DNA of 64,000 nt, taken from sequence record MK817115.1. One strand, 5' to 3'. The first letter of the stretch is position 1; each line of letters begins with the position of its first letter. The notes beneath the pieces were generated by a model. That model saw only the letters and a program-made list of their open reading frames with translations. It searched no databases and was not told where the DNA came from. Shown in pieces: positions 57,841-64,000 of this stretch. The stretch comes from Escherichia phage vB_EcoM_phAPEC6. The translations under genes were made by a program, and so were the position numbers.

Positions 57841-58160
57841 AAAATTACCTCAACTAAAGCAAGGACTGTATTGAATTCCACTATACTTGTAATTCCTTGA
57901 AGGTACATATACTTTGCTACTACATATTTCTGTACTAAATTATAATTATTAAATTCCTCAAAATTGTAATTTAGAACAAAATCTGTACTCAAAAATATCT
58001 TATGCATCTCTAATGCACTTTGATAATACGCGTACAACTCACTGATATCAATACTGGTTAAATTATATTGTTCATATCTATGATACGGGATGGCTTCAAT
58101 TTCAATACTATAAAACCATTCTCTTAACTTATTAATATCAAATGTATTATTCAGCTTCAT
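57819..58160 (-). CDS. hypothetical protein
   Basis: ORF track. Confidence 0.45.
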   Translation of the reverse strand: MKLNNTFDINKLREWFYSIEIEAIPYHRYEQYNLTSIDISELYAYYQSALEMHKIFLSTDFVLNYNFEEFNNYNLVQKYVVAKYMYLQGITSIVEFNTVLALVEVILCSTCMI

Positions 58161-58713
58161 AACTCAATACCTCCATTAAACACTCATACACACCATCAAT
58201 CGCATAAGCACAAAAATTGAAATTAATTTTGTGATTCTTGTGTAATGGACTATTGTGTACTGTACTCATTATGACATTATAAAATAACAAACGCACTGGT
58301 ACAAGCATTGAACCTTGGAAAAATTCTTCCTCTGATTTATATGTATTGTACTCTATTGTTTTGTTCGTTTCTTTATCATATGTTACCATTACTAATGGGG
58401 CATTTTTATTATACCATGCGTACTCTAAATCATTCTTTCCAATAACAGCACCAGGTGCGAAATCCAAAAGACCAATAACACTACGGGAATTTGGGGTATC
58501 AGGTGTATTGAATCGTTTATCAAAATGACTCGTGCACGCAATATATGTATTGTACTTCGATGGAATAATACCAATACATTTGTGGAAATGACGCTTGTGA
58601 TATTTCTGGGCATTATATAAGGCTGCAACAATACAAGCTAACTTTTGTCCCATAAGGATTGCATTAGCGTAGGTGTACTGAATTTCATTGCTGGTACGGT
58701 ACTTCGAGGTCAT
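58147..58713 (-). CDS. EE-FQ family paralogue
   Basis: EEEFFQGSMLVP. Confidence 0.55.
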   Translation of the reverse strand: MTSKYRTSNEIQYTYANAILMGQKLACIVAALYNAQKYHKRHFHKCIGIIPSKYNTYIACTSHFDKRFNTPDTPNSRSVIGLLDFAPGAVIGKNDLEYAWYNKNAPLVMVTYDKETNKTIEYNTYKSEEEFFQGSMLVPVRLLFYNVIMSTVHNSPLHKNHKINFNFCAYAIDGVYECLMEVLSYEAE

Positions 58714-58996
58714 AATATTTCCTTTGCCATATCATGGGCTTAAAATCAATAACAGCTTTCTGTATCTTTTTTAATAATAAGACATCATAACCACCCGTGT
58801 CAATCACTAATTGCTGTTGGAACAATTCTTCATCGGATAATGTATTGAAATCTACAAAATAATCTGTAACTATCGAATCATTTAAATGTGCCATGTACCA
58901 ACCTGAACTTCTTGAATAAATCAAATTCCACCCATCGTCATCATCTTCTAATTCAACATAAATCATATCTGGGGTATACATCATTTTATACTTCAT
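58685..58996 (-). CDS. EE-FQ family paralogue
   Basis: DEELFQQQLVID. Confidence 0.55.
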   Translation of the reverse strand: MKYKMMYTPDMIYVELEDDDDGWNLIYSRSSGWYMAHLNDSIVTDYFVDFNTLSDEELFQQQLVIDTGGYDVLLLKKIQKAVIDFKPMIWQRKYYDLEVPYQQ

Positions 58997-59534
58997 AACT
59001 ATATCCTTGCATTAATAAATCATAAACTACATGGACTAAATTTAATTGAATATAAAATTTTAAACCTTTAATTAATGGATTCAAATGCATTGTACTGAAT
59101 AACATTAGATACATCATCTCATGCGGTTTTGTGATTAATGATTTTTGAAATACTTCAGCTTCATCATAAGGGTCTATGAACTGAAATTTGTCTTCATCAT
59201 AATTTGTATTGGAATGCTGATATATAAAATAATCATCATTGGTATTGTACCACAAATATCCTTCGAATCCTGTACTAACATCTTTGGTCAATGGGGATGC
59301 TGATACTGGATTTGAACTGATTAATGCACCTACATCAACAATCCCCGTTGTATCATATTCGATTTCAACATCAATATCAATGTATTTCCTTGCGATATCC
59401 GCGTTTATGGACAAATATAAACTACCACCTGTCCTCTGACTCAGGATTCCATCTATATGCGATATAGGATGGTTGTTATTGAGGATAAGCATTATTGTAC
59501 TTATCTTGTGTGCTAATAACTCTATCTCATTCAT
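58986..59534 (-). CDS. EE-FQ family paralogue
   Basis: EAEVFQKSLITK. Confidence 0.55.
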   Translation of the reverse strand: MNEIELLAHKISTIMLILNNNHPISHIDGILSQRTGGSLYLSINADIARKYIDIDVEIEYDTTGIVDVGALISSNPVSASPLTKDVSTGFEGYLWYNTNDDYFIYQHSNTNYDEDKFQFIDPYDEAEVFQKSLITKPHEMMYLMLFSTMHLNPLIKGLKFYIQLNLVHVVYDLLMQGYSYEV

Positions 59535-59734
59535 AATTTACCTATCGATGGATACCTAGGATTTGTAGGATGTAAAATCCTGTCCTGTACTGAAAGGTGC
59601 TCAAATGTAATTAAACTCAAATAATAATCGTAATTATCAATACCACCCTTCAAATGTATATTGTAATACATCTTAATACTATCTAATAATGAATCCTGTA
59701 ATGCATTTAATGTTATCGTATTAATCTTTTGCAT
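59531..59734 (-). CDS. small hypothetical protein
   Basis: ORF track. Confidence 0.4.
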   Translation of the reverse strand: MQKINTITLNALQDSLLDSIKMYYNIHLKGGIDNYDYYLSLITFEHLSVQDRILHPTNPRYPSIGKL

Positions 59735-59882
59735 TAATGTTCTTCTCTTAAAAATCGTTTGATAGCATAATCTAAATAAAATTCATAACACATGCTATCT
59801 CTGTTCTTTATCCATATTTTGTAATCGGATTTTATATTACGCAACAAATAATTTGTATTAATTGTGTAATAATCTAATCGCC

Positions 59883-60275
59883 CTAATCTTTCCATTTAAT
59901 AGGATACTCCTTTCCTTGTACTATATATGACAAAATCCATCCGTAATGAATAGGATGATTTTTGTCTGAATCAGGAATAAAATATAAAGCTGTACTTGGA
60001 TTATGACTGAATAAATCTTTATTGTCAAATGTAAAATGTGATAATATAATTTTCCTTGCACTTGGACGAATAACATTCTTAACACTGAACTCTGAACCTT
60101 TGTATTTCTCCGATAATTCAAATAATGCATCTGTAATTAAATCACTGATCTCTTGGATTACAAAATTCTGATAAAATGCATTAATCTCTTTTAACTCTGT
60201 ATACAATTCACTTCTGGTATTCAAAAGAAATATTACTTTTTTAAGATCCTGAACTATTTCTGGATTCATATTCAT
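59883..60275 (-). CDS. hypothetical protein
   Basis: ORF track. Confidence 0.45.
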   Translation of the reverse strand: MNMNPEIVQDLKKVIFLLNTRSELYTELKEINAFYQNFVIQEISDLITDALFELSEKYKGSEFSVKNVIRPSARKIILSHFTFDNKDLFSHNPSTALYFIPDSDKNHPIHYGWILSYIVQGKEYPIKWKD

Positions 60276-60507
60276 TTATCTCATTCTGTATCTTAAGCAT
60301 CAAAATTTGCATATTAATTTTTTGTACAAGGTGCTTGATAAATTTCTGTGCCATTTCTTCTTGTTCTTTTGTACCAAGATAAAATAACAGATTAAATTCT
60401 GATAATCGCAAAGAAAAATCTTCATCACCACCCTTTAAACAAAAATCCCTGTACTTTGTAGCGTACAAATATTGGTTTACCTTTTTATAATACCCTGTGT
60501 TTTGCAT
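60241..60507 (-). CDS. LGT-QE family small protein (dispersed copy)
   Basis: LLFYLGTKEQEEMAQKFIKHL. Confidence 0.5.
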   Translation of the reverse strand: MQNTGYYKKVNQYLYATKYRDFCLKGGDEDFSLRLSEFNLLFYLGTKEQEEMAQKFIKHLVQKINMQILMLKIQNEINEYESRNSSGS

Positions 60508-60695
60508 ACTATCTCCGTTCGCAACGAATTTATATAATAATGAACAAATTGTTCTTGTGAACGTGTTCCAAGAAAAATAAACATATCAAACTCTGTTGTT
60601 TTTAAATTCAATGCATCTTTTGTAAAATTCCTGTTGAATTCCCTGTACTTTTGGGTCTTCCATTCTTGATTAATTGTCTTGTATATCGATTTCAA
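60477..60695 (-). CDS. LGT-QE family small protein (dispersed copy)
   Basis: FIFLGTRSQEQFVHYYINSL. Confidence 0.5.
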   Translation of the reverse strand: MKSIYKTINQEWKTQKYREFNRNFTKDALNLKTTEFDMFIFLGTRSQEQFVHYYINSLRTEIVCKTQGIIKR

Positions 60696-60996
60696 TGATT
60701 CTCCCTGATGTACCTTGTATTAGCTTATCATACATATCGAGCATCACTTTTTGAATACTAATTAGTACTGGCATCGTGCAAATATCAATGTCGTATACTA
60801 AGCTGTACTGGAATAATTCATCTTCCTGCATTTGTACTAAATTAGGTAAAGGATAATTGTCTGCCTCTTCATCCTGGTACTTGAAATGCATAACACCATC
60901 CTTTTTGTACAAAAGAATGTCAATATCACCTAACTCATCAGCATAACCAAAAATACATATACTCGATGTTTTTGCTATATTAAATTTCATCTCCAC
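60670..60996 (-). CDS. EE-FQ family paralogue
   Basis: EDELFQYSLVYD. Confidence 0.55.
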   Translation of the reverse strand: MEMKFNIAKTSSICIFGYADELGDIDILLYKKDGVMHFKYQDEEADNYPLPNLVQMQEDELFQYSLVYDIDICTMPVLISIQKVMLDMYDKLIQGTSGRIIEIDIQDN

Positions 60997-61232
60997 CTCT
61001 CTCCGTCAGCACAAGAGTACTGGTACGTTGTCGTTAGGGTAGGGACCATGTTTGTAATGGGCATGTTGTTAACAATAACCGTAACAGGCATAAGAATCGT
61101 CTCTACTCTACTCTGTCCTGTCCTTGTGCAATTCATCTTCTGCATTTCATCTGAATCCATGAAATACAATACAAATGGTGCAATCCCAAGAACAATACAC
61201 AAGACGATAAGGAAATTTAAAAAATTTAACAT
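60987..61232 (-). CDS. small membrane protein
   Basis: N-terminal TM segment MLNFLNFLIVLCIVLGIAPFVLYF. Confidence 0.45.
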   Translation of the reverse strand: MLNFLNFLIVLCIVLGIAPFVLYFMDSDEMQKMNCTRTGQSRVETILMPVTVIVNNMPITNMVPTLTTTYQYSCADGERWR

Positions 61233-61291
61233 AATTTTTACCCTATGATTAACGTTAGTGTACTATATCAGTAATGAAAAGTACTGTCAAG

Positions 61292-61696
61292 CTAGTATTG
61301 CACTGTTCTAATGAAAGTACCTTTACTCATGGATTTAAGCTTATGAACCTCTTCCTGCATACCCTTAATTAACCCTAAAGGTATAGGTAAATCATGTACT
61401 AAGCTGTACTGAAAGTATTCTTCTTCAGATAAAGTACTAACATCTGGAACGCCAATTTTAGTTATATAATCTTGATGTGTTGACCAATAAATTATATCTT
61501 CAGTACTATTGTACTCCCCATATACTGAACAATATTGATGAATATCTTTCCTGTACCCTTGAGCAATAAAGAACTTATCTAATGCATTACCAGCATTAAT
61601 AGAATTTACTTCGATTGTCACAGTACTTGAGCTTGTATAACTCTTAATATTATCAGTACTCTTAATACTCAACGATGTGTTCTTCATAATCACCAT
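61292..61696 (-). CDS. EE-FQ family paralogue
   Basis: EEEYFQYSLVHD. Confidence 0.55.
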   Translation of the reverse strand: MVIMKNTSLSIKSTDNIKSYTSSSTVTIEVNSINAGNALDKFFIAQGYRKDIHQYCSVYGEYNSTEDIIYWSTHQDYITKIGVPDVSTLSEEEYFQYSLVHDLPIPLGLIKGMQEEVHKLKSMSKGTFIRTVQY

Positions 61697-62006
61697 TAGG
61701 CTCCTGTTTAGATTCTTTCATTAGTACTATCATCTTATGTACTAATGGCATAGGAAACTCTAAATCCCATACTAATGATTCCTGAAAGTATTCCTCTGGT
61801 GATAAAGTACTTAAATCTTTAATATCAACGTGCTTGTATATTTTATTTTCGTAATTAACAAATGATATATATAAATCACTAACATAAGAATCATAGGTAA
61901 TTGTGAATGGTTTACCCTTGTAATCCATTACATCTCTACATAGACTACTTTTGATATATGTATGTTCAAATGATTTATATACCTTGAGTTGTATATTAGT
62001 TTTCAT
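61662..62006 (-). CDS. EE-FQ family paralogue
   Basis: PEEYFQESLVWD. Confidence 0.55.
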   Translation of the reverse strand: MKTNIQLKVYKSFEHTYIKSSLCRDVMDYKGKPFTITYDSYVSDLYISFVNYENKIYKHVDIKDLSTLSPEEYFQESLVWDLEFPMPLVHKMIVLMKESKQEPNGDYEEHIVEY

Positions 62007-62256
62007 ATTTCTCTTTATTAGCTTGTTTGGTTTTATAGTGAATTAAATCTATTAATGTAATCAAGTACAACGTCAAATAGTACTCTTGTTGATCTGTACC
62101 TAATGATACAAAGAACTTGTGCTCATAGATTAAAACCTGTTTCTCTTCAAATGGACATTTAATCCTCTGTATAGGCTTAAGTAAATGATAGTACTTATTA
62201 AATCTATGATACATTTCTAGTTCTGTCAGTACTTTCATATTAAACACATACTCCAT
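61996..62256 (-). CDS. LGT-QE family small protein (array copy)
   Basis: FFVSLGTDQQEYYLTLYL. Confidence 0.5.
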   Translation of the reverse strand: MEYVFNMKVLTELEMYHRFNKYYHLLKPIQRIKCPFEEKQVLIYEHKFFVSLGTDQQEYYLTLYLITLIDLIHYKTKQANKEKYEN

Positions 62257-62461
62257 TAGCAGTAGCAGTACTTAAAGCACTCAAATACCTCTGTACGGCT
62301 TGCTCTTGATGATCTGTACCTAAAAGTATATACACCCATAATTCATTGTAGTGTACATCTTCTGTATAAGGGTTGTTGTAACTTTTTGATAATATAGCAT
62401 CAAATTCAGATGCATAATCCCTTGTGAACTTAAACATATCTTGTTGTGTTATGATTCTCAT
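62240..62461 (-). CDS. LGT-QE family small protein (array copy)
   Basis: YILLGTDHQEQAVQRYLSAL. Confidence 0.55.
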   Translation of the reverse strand: MRIITQQDMFKFTRDYASEFDAILSKSYNNPYTEDVHYNELWVYILLGTDHQEQAVQRYLSALSTATANGVCV

Positions 62462-62673
62462 AACTTTTCCTGTATAAGCTTCTTAAGTATTTCTATGTGT
62501 GAATTAACAGTTCTTTCTTGATGCTGTGTTCCTAAGAGTGTCAGTACTATCATCTCTGAACGCAAAAGATTTTTTTCAAGTTCACTTATATCAGTTCTTG
62601 AATCAAGTGCCATATATTTGTGATTATTCTTCCTGAATAGTGCCAAGTACTCTTGATTTGATATTTCCTTCAT
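62458..62673 (-). CDS. LGT-QE family small protein (array copy)
   Basis: LTLLGTQHQERTVNSHIEIL. Confidence 0.55.
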   Translation of the reverse strand: MKEISNQEYLALFRKNNHKYMALDSRTDISELEKNLLRSEMIVLTLLGTQHQERTVNSHIEILKKLIQEKL

Positions 62674-62900
62674 AGTTTATTCCTGATGCCATTTAAAAGT
62701 GCTCTAATATGCTCATTGACAAATCGCTCTTGGGAATCTGTTCCTAGAGTGAGTAGCAATCTTAAATCTGAACTTTTGATGTGATATTCTAAATCATTCT
62801 TTGATTCTTGCATCAGTTTCTTAAAGGATGAGAAGTTTGCAGCCATTAGTTCAATGTATTCTGCTGTTCCTAGGGGTTTGTGTGTGTGCTGTCTGTGCAT
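62670..62900 (-). CDS. LGT-QE family small protein (array copy)
   Basis: LLTLGTDSQERFVNEHIRAL. Confidence 0.55.
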   Translation of the reverse strand: MHRQHTHKPLGTAEYIELMAANFSSFKKLMQESKNDLEYHIKSSDLRLLLTLGTDSQERFVNEHIRALLNGIRNKL

Positions 62901-63112
62901 TTTAATTGTATTACCCTTTTGAGTGTATTAATGTAATTATACACATTGGCTTCTTGATAGTTTGTTCCTAGAGTAGCTTGAACGTAGATTTCATTTAACT
63001 TAATAATTTTATCAGAATCTGGAAGTTTTGATGTGTTAATGGCAAATAACTTCGAAAACAGTCCATTTATGATTGTTAGGTATTCTACTTCGGTAATGAT
63101 TCGCATTTGCAT
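62870..63112 (-). CDS. LGT-QE family small protein (array copy)
   Basis: VQATLGTNYQEANVYNYINTL. Confidence 0.55.
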   Translation of the reverse strand: MQMRIITEVEYLTIINGLFSKLFAINTSKLPDSDKIIKLNEIYVQATLGTNYQEANVYNYINTLKRVIQLKCTDSTHTNP

Positions 63113-63324
63113 TGGATAAACCTTTTTAGTTCATTGATGTAATCATTAATATTGCATTCTTGATAGTTAGTCCCTAGTGTAGCTTGAACATAGATTTCAC
63201 TTACTAGAATACTTATTTCATCATCTGGTAATTTCATGCTTTTTGTTATAAACAGCTTTAGAATTAAACTACTTAATAGTTGGTTGTATTCTGTGGGTGA
63301 AATGATTTTCATTTGCATTTGCAT
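63085..63324 (-). CDS. LGT-QE family small protein (array copy)
   Basis: VQATLGTNYQECNINDYINEL. Confidence 0.55.
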   Translation of the reverse strand: MQMQMKIISPTEYNQLLSSLILKLFITKSMKLPDDEISILVSEIYVQATLGTNYQECNINDYINELKRFIQCKCESLPK

Positions 63325-63530
63325 TTTCTCAGTACTGATTCTTTAAGTTCATTAATGTAGCACTCTACATATTCTTCTTGTAGGTTTGTTCCGATATGTA
63401 ACAGTACTCTTAAATCTGCTCTCAGTACTTCTTTATCATCTTCATCTATATCAGACAGTGTTATGTTTAAGAATTTACTTGAACTCTCTATAAGTAATAT
63501 TACTGAATCACCTTTGCTTAAAATTTTCAT
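63309..63530 (-). CDS. LGT-QE family small protein (array copy)
   Basis: LLHIGTNLQEEYVECYINEL. Confidence 0.55.
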   Translation of the reverse strand: MKILSKGDSVILLIESSSKFLNITLSDIDEDDKEVLRADLRVLLHIGTNLQEEYVECYINELKESVLRKCKCK

Positions 63531-63738
63531 AATCTCTTTTTGCTTTCCTCGCCAAAAGGTACATATACGATTCTTCGTATTGTGCTTGGTAGTTTGTGTT
63601 TAAGAGTCGAAACAACTTCTGTTCTGCTAGAACGAGTTGCTTATCTTCATAACAACGATAGCGTATCAACTTTTTGTATTCGATGTTGATTACATCCATT
63701 ACTATAAGCCCATGTTCATCATCTGTCAAGTGTTTCAT
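63508..63738 (-). CDS. LGT-QE family small protein (array copy, divergent)
   Basis: FRLLNTNYQAQYEESYMYLL. Confidence 0.5.
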   Translation of the reverse strand: MKHLTDDEHGLIVMDVINIEYKKLIRYRCYEDKQLVLAEQKLFRLLNTNYQAQYEESYMYLLARKAKRDYENFKQR

Positions 63739-63977
63739 GCATTTTTTCTTTTTCTTATATGTTTAGTTAAAAGGTATATTAGTTTTCTATTGTATTCTTC
63801 CTGATAGTTTGTTCCTAATAGTGCAAGAAGTTTTGCTTCAACTAAAGCTAATTGACGTTCTTCAAATGTGTGTTCCAGTATGTACTTGGGGTTTGATTTT
63901 TTAGCGTAAGCACTATTAGTCTTCATTACAATCTTATGATATTCATTAGCAGTTAGGATTTTTAAATACTTGATCAT
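63735..63977 (-). CDS. LGT-QE family small protein (array copy)
   Basis: LALLGTNYQEEYNRKLIYLL. Confidence 0.55.
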   Translation of the reverse strand: MIKYLKILTANEYHKIVMKTNSAYAKKSNPKYILEHTFEERQLALVEAKLLALLGTNYQEEYNRKLIYLLTKHIRKRKNA

Positions 63978-64000
63978 GTATCTTTTCCTTTATAGAGAAT

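Noticed and set aside
9284-59921. Minus-strand ORFs nested out of frame inside larger genes (9284..9502, 10176..10385, 11513..11716, 18077..18331, 21270..21539, 28326..28520, 31085..31276, 32117..32332, 36940..37128, 39743..39931, 42443..42724, 50216..50461, 50575..50790, 51257..51478, 53187..53369, 58425..58631, 59921..60130)
   Set aside because: They overlap a better-supported gene in a different frame (ligase, Pnk or family paralogues) and show no family motif.
545-61248. All plus-strand ORFs in the track other than 4690..5067 (for example 1682..1948, 2219..2449, 7724..8026, 10202..10528, 17889..18242, 35150..35622, 50973..51416)
   Set aside because: Each lies antisense to a well-supported minus-strand gene, lacks an RBS and has low-complexity or atypical composition; treated as shadow ORFs.
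33331-62006. Family motif E-x-x-[FY]-F-Q-[SG] as a potyviral/TEV-type protease cleavage site
   Set aside because: The resemblance to ENLYFQ/S was noted, but the motif sits in a conserved hydrophobic core of every paralogue and no 3C/NIa-like protease is evident; more likely a structural signature. Kept only as a curiosity.
1-64000. CRISPR arrays, integrase/transposase, homing endonucleases, group I introns
   Set aside because: No regularly spaced direct repeats with unique spacers, no tyrosine/serine recombinase or HNH/GIY-YIG-like translations, and no gene visibly split by a structured insert.

Overview
This 64 kb window reads as the early/accessory region of a low-GC, T4-like (Straboviridae-type) virulent phage. 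Nearly all genes are on the minus strand, tightly packed with ATGA-type start/stop overlaps, and only one plausible gene (4690..5067) is on the plus strand. Recognisable genes, all identified by motif-level reading of the translations: DNA ligase (10117..11535), polynucleotide kinase/phosphatase (17823..18755), RNA ligase 1 (19579..20721), dCMP deaminase (5350..5829), ClpP (7744..8439), an HslV-like Ntn peptidase (2935..3528), a secreted Clp-fold protein (3856..4464), Sir2, Nudix and NMNAT-like enzymes, a phage Dam-family methyltransferase, two metallophosphoesterases and the N-terminal PIN domain of a PhoH-like protein. The most striking feature is gene-family expansion: about 47 paralogues sharing an acidic-aromatic 'EE-x-[FY]-FQ-x-S-[TL]-V-x-D' core plus a 'WY-K...FYLD' motif occupy 33.3-62.0 kb (outliers at 21-22 kb), followed by a tandem array of about 13 small 'LGT-x-x-QE' proteins (62.0-64.0 kb, extra pairs at 47.3 and 60.2 kb), and a third family of about 90-aa helix-plus-beta proteins at 13-26 kb. 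Recent duplication is visible as five near-identical tandem genes (49236..51557), a 21-bp in-frame tandem repeat and an 82-bp duplicated gene N-terminus that leaves a remnant ORF. A 540-bp GC-rich non-coding island (29171..29708) is a candidate structured RNA or regulatory region. The ORF track uses ATG/GTG/TTG starts, so several listed N-termini are probably over-extended. No tRNA, CRISPR array, integrase or transposase was found. All functional calls are by-eye motif recognition and need HMM/structure confirmation.
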